From the NCBI GenBank assembly GCA_963737655.1, contig CAVTTN010000002.1, forward strand, positions 7,456,001 to 7,520,000: a stretch of DNA of 64,000 bases, read 5' to 3'. Position numbers and translations under genes: made by a program. The notes under the pieces were generated by a model that worked only from the letters and a program-made list of their open reading frames with translations, did not search any database and was not told where the DNA came from. Shown here in pieces: positions 10,908 through 21,171 of this stretch (position 1 is the stretch's first letter; each line of letters starts with the position of its first letter). The DNA is from an uncultured Planctomycetota bacterium. GTDB lineage: Bacteria; Planctomycetota; Planctomycetia; Isosphaerales; Isosphaeraceae.

Positions 10908-12301
10908 GAGATCGCCTCCGAGGCCCACTCGGAGGCCGTCTTCATGAGCGCCTGGGCCGGGACGAGCGAGCGATCGACCACCGTCGGCCAGTACCCGAAC
11001 GCCGGGCGAGGGCTCGGCCGCCCCGAGGCATAACCGGCGATCCCGGGAGGCCCCGCCGTGACCAGGGGAGCGATCTCGCGGCAAAACCGCTCAACCGCCG
11101 CCTTCCTCGGGTCCCGGACGGTGACCCGCAACACCACCTCGAACGGAGGAGACTCCGGCCGGACCACCCCGGGAGCCACATCCCCGGCACCCAGGCATTC
11201 GACCAGGGATTCGGCCGGAACGAAACCGGCCCGTTTGACTCGATCCAGGACGATCCGGCCCGCCGCTCGGGCCTTGGCCTCCGCCTTCCGGCCGACGACG
11301 GCCACCATCGCCGAGGCCATCCAGCCATCGCGGTAGACCGCGGCGATCTTGTAGTTGCCCGACGGGGCCTGTCCGGCCGCCCCGGTGACCCTCACGCGGT
11401 CCGGTCCGTCCTGGGCGAGCCGGACCGAGGTCAGGTCCACGTCGAGGTCGGGCGTCCGGTAGCGGGTCGGGTCGTCGATCTCGTAAACAATTTGCTCGGC
11501 AAGATTTGCGACCGAGACGAGGCCGCCGGAGCCCTCGGCCTTGGTCAGCACGGACGAGCCGTCACTCTCGATCTCGGCGATCGGGTAGCCGACCCCGGCC
11601 AGATCCTCCATCTCTTCCCATTTGTGCCAGAGTCCGCCGGTTGCCTGGGCTCCGCATTCGATCAGGTGGCCGGCGACGGTGGCCCCCGCCAGCGGGTCCC
11701 ATTCGTCGGGCTGCCAGCCGAACCTCGCCATCGCCGGGCCGACGGTCAGCGAGGCGTCGGCCACCCGGCCGGTGATCACCACGCGGGCCCCTCCCCAAAG
11801 GCAGAGACCGATGGGAATGGCGCCGAGATACGCGTTCGCCGAGACGAGCCGATCGGTCACGCCGAGGATCGAGTCCCCGGTCTCCAGATGGGCGAGGTCC
11901 ACCCCCTCGACGATCCATCCGGGGATCTTGTCCAGGACGTCATCGCCCACGACCACGCCGATCGGCCATTTTCCCAGGCCCGCCCGGTCCAGCGCGGCTC
12001 CCGCCTTCCGGGCGCAGGCGATCGGGTTGAGCCCTCCGGCGTTCGTGACGATCTTGGGGCCGCCGCTTTCGGCCAAAAAAGGCCCGATCCGGTCGAGAAG
12101 GTCGGGGAAATCGCCGACGAACCCGGTATTCGGATTTTTCGACCGGGAATGGGCCAAAATGGCGAGGGTGAGCTCGGCGAGATATTCCAGGGTGAGGACG
12201 TCCAGCCGGCCCGTCTCCACCAGGAGGGCCGGGGCGTCGAGGTTGTCGCCCCAGAAGCCCGCGCCGTTGCCGATCCGGAGGGTGGGGCGGTCGGTCGCCA
12301 T
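10904..12301 (-). CDS. Acyclic terpene utilisation AtuA family protein (DUF1446)
   Basis: RIGNGAGFWGD, LEYLAE, TNAGGLNP, SANAYLG, GRVADAS, GHLIECGAQATGG. Confidence 0.9.
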   Translation of the reverse strand: MATDRPTLRIGNGAGFWGDNLDAPALLVETGRLDVLTLEYLAELTLAILAHSRSKNPNTGFVGDFPDLLDRIGPFLAESGGPKIVTNAGGLNPIACARKAGAALDRAGLGKWPIGVVVGDDVLDKIPGWIVEGVDLAHLETGDSILGVTDRLVSANAYLGAIPIGLCLWGGARVVITGRVADASLTVGPAMARFGWQPDEWDPLAGATVAGHLIECGAQATGGLWHKWEEMEDLAGVGYPIAEIESDGSSVLTKAEGSGGLVSVANLAEQIVYEIDDPTRYRTPDLDVDLTSVRLAQDGPDRVRVTGAAGQAPSGNYKIAAVYRDGWMASAMVAVVGRKAEAKARAAGRIVLDRVKRAGFVPAESLVECLGAGDVAPGVVRPESPPFEVVLRVTVRDPRKAAVERFCREIAPLVTAGPPGIAGYASGRPSPRPAFGYWPTVVDRSLVPAQALMKTASEWASEAIS

Positions 12302-12316
12302 GAAGGGTGGGTCCGG

Positions 12317-13944
12317 TTAGACCTGGAACACGCCGAGGGGAAAACCCTGCACGATCCGTTGCCGGGTCGCCACGTCGAAGGCGGCGATCAGGGCCGATCG
12401 GGTCTCGGCCGGGTCGAGGATGGCATCGATCCAGCCTCGGGAGGCGGCGTAGCGGATGTCGGTCTCGCGATCGTACCGCGCCCGGAGGCGGGCGGCCATC
12501 GCCTCCATTTCGGAGGGATCGGGCGTCTTGCCTTGCCTCTTCATCGTCGCCAGGTTCACATCCAGCATCGTCCTGGCCGCCTGGCTCCCGCCCATCACGG
12601 CGTAGCGGGCGCCCGGCCAGGCGAACAGGAACCTCGGGTCGAACGCCCGGCCGCACAGGGCGTAATGCCCCGCCCCGAACGAATGTCCCACGAGCAACGT
12701 GACTTTCGGCACGACGCTGTTGCTCACGGCATTCACCAGCTTCGCCCCCCGGCGGATGATCCCGGTCCTCTCGGCGTCCCGGCCCACGTCGAACCCGTTG
12801 ACGTCCTGGAGGAAGAGCAGGGGTACTCGTGATTGATTGCAATCAAGCACAAAACGCGCCGCCTTGTCGGCCGAATCGGCATAGATGACCCCGCCGAACT
12901 GGAACGGCCCTCCGCCTTCGGGTTTGATCCGTTGTCTTTGGTTCGCCACGACCCCGACGGCGATGCCTCCGAGGGCGGCGAACCCGCAGACCAGCGTCCG
13001 GCCATAATCGGCGCGGTATTCGTCGAACCGGGAGCCATCGACGAGGCAGGCGACCAAATCCCGAACATCATACTGGGCTGAGGGATCGGTCTTGACGATC
13101 CGAAACAGGTCGTCGGCCGATCGGCCCGGCGGATCGACCTTCGAGGGGGCCGCGGACGGTGGATCGGGCGGCAACAGGGCCACGAGCCGGCGGATGTGAT
13201 CGAGGCACGAGGGGTCGTCGGGCTCGCGGTAATCGACGGTCCCGCTGACCGCCGAATGCATCCGGGCCCCGCCGAGCTCCTCGCTCGTCACGTCTTGCCC
13301 GATCGCCGCCTTCACCAGGGCCGGACCGGCGAGGTAGAGGCCGGAGCCTTCGGTCATCAGCACGGTATCGCACAAAACCGGCAGATAGGCCCCCCCGGCG
13401 ACGCAATTCCCCATGATCGCGGCAATCTGGGGGATTCCGGCGGCCGAGAGGACCGAATTATTGCGAAAGATCCGGCCGAAGTCGTCGGCGTCGGGGAACA
13501 CCTCGTCCTGCATCGGCAGGAACACGCCCGAGGAATCGACGAGGTAGACCACCGGCAGACGGTTCTGGCCGGCGATTTCCTGGGCCCGGAGCAGTTTCTT
13601 GATGGTCATGGGGAAGAAGGCGCCGGCCTTCACCGTGGCGTCGTTGGCCACGATCATCGTCCGGCGGCCCGAGACGACGCCGATCCCCGCGACGACCCCG
13701 GCCGAAGGTGCCGCCCCCATTCCTCGTACATCCCGTAGGCGGCCCAGAGTCCGATTTCGAGGAAGGCCGAGCCGGGGTCGATCAGGGCGCCGATCCGTTC
13801 CCGGGCCGTCATCCGGCCCTTGGCGTGCTGGCGGGCGATCGCCTCGGGGCCGCCGCCCTCCCGGAGCGCTTCCTCCTCGGCGAGGATCGAGGCCGAGGCC
13901 GAGCGGAGGTCCGGCTCGGCGGGCTGGCGACGGTCCGTGACCAC
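12317..13944 (-). CDS. Acyl-CoA carboxylase carboxyltransferase subunit (MccB/LiuB/AtuC-like); frameshift near 13720
   Basis: QHAKGRMTARERI...D; ANDATVKAGA; GNCVAGGAY; EELGGA; GAGHYALCGRA. Confidence 0.9.
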
Positions 13945-13983
13945 GGCGTCCTCTCGGTGCGGGGATGCGAAGGGCCGGACGAC

Positions 13984-14004
13984 GGTGCATGGCATGCACC
14001 CTAC
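13984..14004 (-). repeat. Single GTAG REP, family A
   Basis: Reverse complement is GTAGGGTGCATGCCATGCACC. Confidence 0.85.
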
Positions 14005-14912
14005 ACTTCGGAGGCGATCTGCCGGGCGAACTCGGCGAGGCCCTCGAGGTCGGCCGGAGGGGTTTCGAGGAGGTGCCGGTTGCCGGCGAAATCCTGGCAG
14101 GGGTGGGACCGGACCCGTTGATCGTCCGGGTCGGCCACGCCGAAGACCACGCCGACCTTGTTCGCCACGTCCTCGCCGGCCGCCTCGACGATGCCTCGGA
14201 GCCTCATGCCGACCCAGGCCGCGTTCACGTGGACGGTCAACTCGGTCAGCCTGGCGAAGTTTGCGGGGTCCCGGGAAGCCCCGGGGCCGTGGAGGGCGTC
14301 GAAGGCGGGGGCCGCGAGGGCCAGCGGCGGATTGGCGATCGCCCGGAGGAGCAGCCCGAGAGGGTCGGTCGGCAACGACGCGCCGGAGGCGTCGCCCGAT
14401 TCGAGATACGCCCGGACCGCCCCTTTCACGGCCCCGCAGCCCCGGTGTCCCAGCGCGACGATGATCTTGAGGGTCCGGGGCAGGACGCCGCCATCGTCCA
14501 CGAACGAATTCAGGGCGAAGACCAGGCTCCCCTCGCCGCCGGGGGTCACCACGTTGCCGGCCACCCGGATGTTGAAGACGTCGTTCAGCTCCTGGCCGAA
14601 GAGGATTTCCGTGGGGACGCGGGCGTCGGAACACCCGAAGACCACGGCGAACGGATATTGCAACGGAAGGCCGTCGGCCCCCTTGGGCTTTCCCAGCGCC
14701 TCGAGCTCGCTGAGGTCGATCGTCGGCGGGGCTTCGCCGTTCTCGAAATGGCCTCGGCGGCAGGCGTCATAGAACCGGCCGATGGCCTCGTTGCCGGCCT
14801 GGAGGAAGACGCGGGCCTCTTCCCAGTCCTTGGGGGCGAACAGGGGTTTTGGGTCGCCGGGGCGATATCGGTAGGAGAACTGGATGGGTAAAGGATCGTC
14901 GGGGCCGGTCAT
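14001..14912 (-). CDS. Beta-class carbonic anhydrase
   Basis: GCSDARVPTE, RVAGN, GHRGCGAV (Zn ligands intact). Confidence 0.88.
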   Translation of the reverse strand: MTGPDDPLPIQFSYRYRPGDPKPLFAPKDWEEARVFLQAGNEAIGRFYDACRRGHFENGEAPPTIDLSELEALGKPKGADGLPLQYPFAVVFGCSDARVPTEILFGQELNDVFNIRVAGNVVTPGGEGSLVFALNSFVDDGGVLPRTLKIIVALGHRGCGAVKGAVRAYLESGDASGASLPTDPLGLLLRAIANPPLALAAPAFDALHGPGASRDPANFARLTELTVHVNAAWVGMRLRGIVEAAGEDVANKVGVVFGVADPDDQRVRSHPCQDFAGNRHLLETPPADLEGLAEFARQIASEV

Positions 14913-14963
14913 TCGGGCCGCTCCGGGGGGGATTTGTTCGAATTCGTTGGCTTGACGACCCGA

Positions 14964-16148
14964 TCAGAGGCGCTCCACGACCATCGCCACCGCGTTGCCG
15001 CCTCCCAGGCAGAGCGCGGCCAGTCCGAGCCGTTTCTGCCGAAGATCGAGGGCGTGGACCAGGGTCACGAGGACCCTCGCCCCGCTGGCGCCGATCGGGT
15101 GGCCGAGGGCGATCGCCCCTCCGTGGACGTTCACGTTCGATAAGTTCAGTTCGAGGCCCCGCGCGCACCCGAGCAGCTGGGCGGCGAAGGCTTCGTTGAT
15201 CTCGTAGAGGTCGATCTCGTGGGGGGAGAGGCCGGATTTGGCCAGCACCGCCCGGATGGCGCCGATCGGGGCGAGGAACAGGTCGCGCGGGTCGGTCCCC
15301 GAGATGGCCGAGGCGACGATCCGGGCCATCGGGCGACTTCCGGCGGCCCTTGCGGCCCGTTCCGAGGCCACGACGACCATCGCGGCGCCGTCGCTCAGGG
15401 TGGAGGCGTTGCCGGCCGTGACCACGCCGTCGGGCCGGAAGGCCGGGGTCAGCCTCGCGAGTCCTTCGGCCGAGGTCTCGGGCCTCGGCCCCTCGTCGGC
15501 CGACACGAGGGTCTCGCCCTTCTTGCCGGGGAGGCGGACCGGCACGATCTCGGCGGCGAACGCGGCGGATTTCTGGGCCTCGACGGCGCGTTTCTGGCTT
15601 TCGTGGGCGAAGGCGTCCAGCTCAAGCCGAGACAGGCCCACGACTTCGGCCGTCCTCTCGGCGGCCATGCCCATCGGCCAGCCCTCGATGGCGCAGGTCA
15701 GGCCGTCGTGGAGCATCGAATCGACGAGCGAGCCGTCCCCGAGCTTCCAGCCCGATCGTCCGCCCCGGAGCAGATGGGGCGCATTGCTCATGCTCTCCAT
15801 CCCCCCGGCGAGCACGAATTCCGCCTGGTTGGCCCGGACGGCCGTCTCGGCGAGCATCACGGCGCGAAGCCCCGAGCCGCAGACCATGTTGATCGTCAGG
15901 GCCGAGGACGAGGAAGGCATCCCGGCCTTCAGGGCCACCTGGCGGGCCGGGGCCTGGCCGAGCCCGGCGGGCAGGACGTTGCCGACGATCGCCTCGGCGA
16001 GCCGATCGGCCGGGACGCCGCTCCGGGCGATCGCCTCCCGGGCCGCGACCGCGCCGAGATCCACGGCCGTCTGGCCCGCCAGCCCGCCGAGGAACCGGCC
16101 GATGGGGGTCCGGCAGGCGGAAAGGAGCACCGGGGTTTCGGAGGTCAT
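14964..16148 (-). CDS. Acetyl-CoA C-acetyltransferase (thiolase)
   Basis: [32 protein letters not shown]. Confidence 0.95.
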   Translation of the reverse strand: MTSETPVLLSACRTPIGRFLGGLAGQTAVDLGAVAAREAIARSGVPADRLAEAIVGNVLPAGLGQAPARQVALKAGMPSSSSALTINMVCGSGLRAVMLAETAVRANQAEFVLAGGMESMSNAPHLLRGGRSGWKLGDGSLVDSMLHDGLTCAIEGWPMGMAAERTAEVVGLSRLELDAFAHESQKRAVEAQKSAAFAAEIVPVRLPGKKGETLVSADEGPRPETSAEGLARLTPAFRPDGVVTAGNASTLSDGAAMVVVASERAARAAGSRPMARIVASAISGTDPRDLFLAPIGAIRAVLAKSGLSPHEIDLYEINEAFAAQLLGCARGLELNLSNVNVHGGAIALGHPIGASGARVLVTLVHALDLRQKRLGLAALCLGGGNAVAMVVERL

Positions 16149-16190
16149 GGGATCGGGCCTCGCCAGGCCGAACGGAAGGGACGGCCCATC

Positions 16191-16523
16191 CTAAAGAGTG
16201 GCCGGGGCCAGAGGAAGCGGTCCCCGGGGATTTTCGGTGCCGGCGAGGAACCCGAGCCCGACCAGGGCCCGGACGTGCTTGCAGCCTCGGGGGTCCAGTC
16301 CGTCCCGGCGGAACAGATAATCCGGGCAATCGCATTCGGGGCCGAACGGGCCCTGGATCACGTCGTAGATGGTGCCGTCGGGCTTGAGGAGGCGGAAGGC
16401 CCGGCGGCCGATCTCGGCGGGAACGGCCGTCGGGCGGACCTCGTAGAGCTGGCCGGCGAGGGTCAGGACGATCCGGGCCGAGGTTGCCGGGTCGGCCGGC
16501 GTCCGAGGGCGAGGGGTGGGCAT
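16191..16523 (-). CDS. Small SWIM-type zinc-finger protein
   Basis: YDV...ECDCPDYLFRR...GCKHVRAL. Confidence 0.7.
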   Translation of the reverse strand: MPTPRPRTPADPATSARIVLTLAGQLYEVRPTAVPAEIGRRAFRLLKPDGTIYDVIQGPFGPECDCPDYLFRRDGLDPRGCKHVRALVGLGFLAGTENPRGPLPLAPATL

Positions 16524-16765
16524 GCCGGTTCTCCGCAATATCGGGTTTACTCGAAGAATTGTAGGCGCCAGCCGGTCGGAATCAAGCGATCGCCGCATGT
16601 TCTAAACTCTGGTATGGACAGGGTTTGGACGAGGCCCGACGGGGGCGGGACGGGGGTCGAAACGAACGGCTTTGGCCGGCGCTGTCGATTTTCCGATCGC
16701 GATGGTTTAGATTCGGCCGGGAGACGGTCAAGACGCGGCCGATCGGGGGGAGGGAGCGAGGCGTT

Positions 16766-19015
16766 TTGACGGAATTCGACTTCCGACGGGTCCTGGAGAC
16801 GCTGGCCGATCCCGTGGTCGCCGCCGACGCCGACCACCGGATCGTCTTCGCCAATCGCGCCGTCGAGATCGCCCTGGGCTTCCGACCCGACGCGCTGATC
16901 GGCCGGCCCCTGGCGGAGGTAGTCCTCTCGCCGATCCATCCCAACGACCTGGGGATGCCGGTGACCTGCCGGGTTCGGTCGGCCGCGGGGGACCGGGATG
17001 CCCTGGTGGTCATGAACCGGGCCAGCGGGGACGGCGGCGACCTGTTCGTGACCACGATCCGCCCCGGGGATGGCGGAGGGCCCGAAGGGGACCTGGCGAG
17101 GAAGCTCCGGGCGGTCCTGGGGACCATCCCGGTGGGGGTGATCCTGACCGAAGGCCCCGAGGGTCGCCTGACCCTGATCAACGCCGCCGCCGATCGGCTG
17201 GCCGGCGAGCCGATCCGGGCCGATTCGTATCGCGAGTTCGTCGAGAAGTATCCGCTGGAGGGGCTCGACGGCCGCCGCCTCGGGATCGAGGAACGCCCCC
17301 TGGCCCGGACGATGGATCGGCATGAGGGGGTCCGCGACAAGATCCGCTATCGCCGCAAGGACGGCCGCGAGTTCATCCTGGAGATCACCACCGCGCCGTT
17401 CCCCGGGCCGTCGGGGGGGGCGGTCACCACGTTCGCCGACATCACCGATCGCTTCCGCCTGGAGCAGGAGTCGGTGGAGAGGGCCTCGCAGTTCCGCGCC
17501 CTGCTCGATCACCTGCCGGTGGGCGTGGCGTACTTCGATAAGATGGCGGTCTGCCGGGCGGGGAACGGGCCGGCCCGGCGGTTCCTCGGCCGGTCTCGCA
17601 CGGATATCATCGGGGTCCCGGCCGACGAGCTCTTCGCCCAGGCCCCGGCGCTCCGCGAGGCCCTGGTTCAGTGCGTCCGGGACCACTCGCCGCACTCCGA
17701 GTCGGGCGTCTCGTGGCCCGACGCGTCCCGTCCCGGCTCGGCCCGCTATCTCGACTGGCAATTCCAACCCCTGGGCACCGACCCGGCGAAGCCCCGGGGG
17801 GCGATCGCCCTGATCGTGGACGTGACCGAATCCACCCTGGCCGAGGCCGAGCGGAGCAAGGCGATGGAGGCCGCCGAGGAGGCCTCGCGACGCAAGACCC
17901 AGTTCCTCTCGGCCGTCAGCCACGACCTGCGGACCCCGATCAATGCCCTGAGCCTCCAGGCCGAGCTGCTCGGCCTCCTCGTCGGCTCCGGCCCCGACGC
18001 CGGAGACGAGCTGCGGATGCTCGCCGGGGACATCCGCGCCGTCGCCTCCAACCTGATCGAGCTGATCAACGACCTGCTCGACCTGACCCGGTTCGATTCG
18101 GGGGTCGTCGAGTACCACGTGGCCGACTTCTACCTGGATGCCTGGCTCGGCTCGACCCTCGCCGCCCTGGAGCTCACCGCCCGCGCCCGGGGCCTGGAGT
18201 TCTCCTGGACGACCGACCGGCCGGGCCGGATCATCCGGGGGGACCGGGTGAAGCTGGGGCGGGTCCTGGTCAACCTCGTGGGCAACGCCGTCAAGTTCAC
18301 CGAAACCGGCGAGGTGGCCATCTCCGCCGGGGCCGACGCCCAGGGCCAGTTCGTCCTGGAGGTCCGCGACACCGGGCCCGGGATCCCCGAGGAAGGTTTG
18401 GACCGGATCTTCGACGAGTTCGCCCAGCTTCGCAACCCCGAGCGCGATCGCACCAAGGGCACCGGGCTCGGCCTGGCCATCTGCCGGAGGCTGGTCGAGG
18501 GCGTCGGCGGCAGGCTGACCGTCGAGAGCTGTCCGGGCCGGGGCAGCGTCTTCCGGGCGATCTACCCGCCCGACCATATTCCCCCGTCCCCCTCGTTGCC
18601 CGAAGACCCCGAGTCCTCGCAGGAAGTCCCCGCGATCGCCGCGCGACCGGCGGGCATCCTCCTGGTCGAGGACGACCCGAGCAGCCGGTCGGCCCTGGCC
18701 CGGCTGCTCGAGAGGGATGGCCACGTGGTCGCCGTCGCCGGCACCGGGCCGGAAGCCCTGGAGGCGGCCCGGGCCGCCAGGCCGGTCCTGGTGATCCTCG
18801 ACCTGATGCTCCCCGGGATGGATGGCGGCGAGGTCCTCCGCCGGCTCCGCGACGACCCCGAGACCGCCGGCGTGAAGGTCCTGGTCCTCACCGGAGACCT
18901 CATGGGAGGCCGGACCTCCGAGCTCCGCGCCCTGGACGTCGACGGAATCCTGGCCAAGCCGGTCGATTTCGACGAGCTCCGCAGGTTCCTCGCCAGGCAA
19001 GTCCCGGCGGAATAG
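16766..19015 (+). CDS. Cytoplasmic multi-PAS hybrid histidine kinase (PAS x3-HisKA-HATPase-REC)
   Basis: SHDLRTP, NLVGNAVKF, DTGPGI, GTGLGL, receiver LVEDD/LDLMLP/KP. TTG start is inferred. Confidence 0.9.
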   Translation: MTEFDFRRVLETLADPVVAADADHRIVFANRAVEIALGFRPDALIGRPLAEVVLSPIHPNDLGMPVTCRVRSAAGDRDALVVMNRASGDGGDLFVTTIRPGDGGGPEGDLARKLRAVLGTIPVGVILTEGPEGRLTLINAAADRLAGEPIRADSYREFVEKYPLEGLDGRRLGIEERPLARTMDRHEGVRDKIRYRRKDGREFILEITTAPFPGPSGGAVTTFADITDRFRLEQESVERASQFRALLDHLPVGVAYFDKMAVCRAGNGPARRFLGRSRTDIIGVPADELFAQAPALREALVQCVRDHSPHSESGVSWPDASRPGSARYLDWQFQPLGTDPAKPRGAIALIVDVTESTLAEAERSKAMEAAEEASRRKTQFLSAVSHDLRTPINALSLQAELLGLLVGSGPDAGDELRMLAGDIRAVASNLIELINDLLDLTRFDSGVVEYHVADFYLDAWLGSTLAALELTARARGLEFSWTTDRPGRIIRGDRVKLGRVLVNLVGNAVKFTETGEVAISAGADAQGQFVLEVRDTGPGIPEEGLDRIFDEFAQLRNPERDRTKGTGLGLAICRRLVEGVGGRLTVESCPGRGSVFRAIYPPDHIPPSPSLPEDPESSQEVPAIAARPAGILLVEDDPSSRSALARLLERDGHVVAVAGTGPEALEAARAARPVLVILDLMLPGMDGGEVLRRLRDDPETAGVKVLVLTGDLMGGRTSELRALDVDGILAKPVDFDELRRFLARQVPAE

Positions 19016-19026
19016 GAATTTGGGTC

Positions 19027-19368
19027 GCTCCGCAGAAAACCCGTTTCGCCGAGGTCCAACGAGTCGGTCCGACTCCAGTCGGGCCTACAAAAAGGGTCGG
19101 CTCATGAGTTTTGATTGGTGGTAATGTCGGATTTCCCTCGTTCCCACGCTCCGCGTGGGAATGCCGTCTTGCACGCTCCGCGTGCCCGCGGATGTCCACT
19201 AGCGAAGAGGACGCGGAGCGTCGAAGACGGCATTCCCAACCCGGTTCGCCGAGGTCCAACGAGTCGGTCCGACTCCAGTCGGGCCTACAAAAAGGTTCTT
19301 GTTTTGTAGGCCCGACTGGAGTCGGACCGACTCGTTTCCGCTCCATCACCGGGGGGCTTCTACAGAGC
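19027..19368. mobile_element. Composite MITE-like element (wrapper B with REP doublet) with internal duplication and a nested family C REPIN
   Basis: Ends GCTCCGCAGAAAACCCG / CCGGGGGGCTTCTACAGAGC; 58-bp direct repeat 19038-19095 vs 19238-19295. Confidence 0.75.
19137..19238. repeat. Family C REPIN, right arm truncated
   Basis: CTCGTTCCCACGCTCCGCGTGGGAATGCCGTCTT...AAGACGGCATTCCCA. Confidence 0.8.
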
Positions 19369-19631
19369 AACTCCGGGTCCCTTCGACCGATGAGAGCGGA
19401 GGTTCTCCCCTCGATCGACGGGTCGATCCGGGAGCAGGAATTCCGGCGGCGGGTTCCTCGTCCTCGACCGGCCCATCCCCCGTCCGGGCGGGATTCTGGG
19501 GCGTTTGCGGGCGAGCCGCGAGACTCGTTCGATCGCCTCCGCGGAACTTTCCCGGCCGATCGGCGTTCCATGGACGTCGGGGCCGAGAACGATCGTGCCC
19601 CGGGCCGATTCGGGAAAGGAGAGCCGCGACG

Positions 19632-20444
19632 ATGACCGCCGTTCGTGCCCTGGTCCTCGGATTTGCCGGCGTGTCCCTGGCCCTGGCCGCCTCCTCGGCG
19701 ACGGCCCAGCAGGCCAAGGGATTGCCGGACTTCCGCGACATGTTCATCCGACTCGATGCCAACGGCGATACCGTCCTGGAGCGCGAGGAGATCCCCGAAT
19801 CCGGCCGGGCCGCGTTCGATCGCCTGCTGAGCCGGGGCGACAAGAACAAGGACGGCAAGATCGACGCCGACGAGATGCGGGGCCTGGGCCAGAAGCTGGC
19901 CGCCCTGAAAGGCCAGGCCGGGGCGGGGGCCGTCCCGGGCGTCGGCCTCGCCGGGGCCGCCCGGTTCCAGCAGGTGGACAAGGACGACGACGGCAAGATC
20001 AGCCGCGAGGAGTTCCCCCTCGCCCCCGCCCTCTTCGACCGGATCGACGCCGACAAGGACGGCTCGATCACCCGAGACGAGGCCATGAAATACGCCGCCG
20101 CCAACGCCCCCAAGCCCGCCGCCGAGGCCCCGAAACCCGCGAAAGAGGCCAAGAAGCCCGAACCCGAGGCCAAGAAGCCCGAGGCCGAGGCCGCCAAGGG
20201 GGACGAGGCCAAGGCCACCGAACCCGCCCCGGCCAGGGCCAAGGCCAAGGCGAATGCCAAGGCCAAGGCCGCCGCCGCCCAGGCCGGGCCTCTCGCCCGG
20301 TTCCAGGCCCTCGACAAGGACGGCGACGGCAAGCTCAGCAAGGACGAATTCCCCCGGCCCAAGGTGTTCGAACGACTCGATACGAACAACGACGGCTACC
20401 TGACTCGCGCCGAGCTGGCGAAGATCGCCAAGGGCGACAACTGA
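19632..20444 (+). CDS. Secreted EF-hand repeat protein
   Basis: Signal peptide; six DxN/DxDG-type loops; Ala/Lys/Pro/Glu linker. Confidence 0.88.
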   Translation: MTAVRALVLGFAGVSLALAASSATAQQAKGLPDFRDMFIRLDANGDTVLEREEIPESGRAAFDRLLSRGDKNKDGKIDADEMRGLGQKLAALKGQAGAGAVPGVGLAGAARFQQVDKDDDGKISREEFPLAPALFDRIDADKDGSITRDEAMKYAAANAPKPAAEAPKPAKEAKKPEPEAKKPEAEAAKGDEAKATEPAPARAKAKANAKAKAAAAQAGPLARFQALDKDGDGKLSKDEFPRPKVFERLDTNNDGYLTRAELAKIAKGDN

Positions 20445-20826
20445 TTAGTTCCCCCTTCCATCCTTCAAGACCATCGAGACGCCGCCCCTCCGCGATCACC
20501 GATTCCGGTGGGGCGGTTCCGCGAACCGAGGCCGGACCGGATTCGCCCCGCGATCGAAAAGTCGCCATCTCGGCCGGGTTTCGACCCCGAAGCCTTGCGA
20601 GAGGGCGTTGCGGAAGTCGTGGATTTGTCTCCTCTTGCGACGATGGGGACGATGGGTCCAAGCATGTGGGTCCTTCGGCGCGCACGCGAGGCTGCCATCG
20701 CGCAAACAGCGGTTTTTCCAGGGTTTGATCGAGGTTTGCAACGCAAAGTGTAGTCAACTTCGGATCGCGCAAGGGTTCTTGATGTGTGGAATTTCGGTAA
20801 TCGCAAGAATTCGGAATATGAATTGT

Positions 20827-20970
20827 GGTGGCATGCCCACGACTTCGTGGGCATGTCTTCGGTTCACGCGACACATCCTCGAAAACTTGCTTGACGAAAT
20901 CTTTTGCATATTTTCAGATTATCGCATTAAACCATCGAAGACATGCCCACGAAGACGTGGGCATGCCACC
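20827..20970. repeat. REPIN of GTGG-tagged family D
   Basis: GGTGGCATGCCCACGACTTCGTGGGCATGTCTTCG ... CGAAGACATGCCCACGAAGACGTGGGCATGCCACC, AT-rich spacer. Confidence 0.88.
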
Positions 20971-21171
20971 CAGAAAATGTGTCTTCCTGGCCTGTGAACA
21001 TGCCTTGGCTCGGCGATCAGAGTAATACCACGCACGCATGCGTGGCCTTCCGGCCTGTGTCGATGCCCTCGACCTGGGCGGCTAGGCTCCCGGGGGGTTC
21101 CGGGCTACAATGACGGCTGACCGGCGGGTCCGGTCCGGTCCCGTTGCGTCCTGGGTCCCGGGAGAGAAGCG

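Noticed and set aside
16547..19000. Long antisense and alternate-frame ORFs (also 27490-30126, 25047-27152, 30987-33005 and others)
   Set aside because: Shadow ORFs caused by high GC3; Arg/Pro/Gly-rich with no recognisable motifs.
19111..19635. ORFs containing VGPT(P/S/E)VGPT or VGCM(Q/K)CT peptides
   Set aside because: These are translations of REP palindromes, not a protein family.
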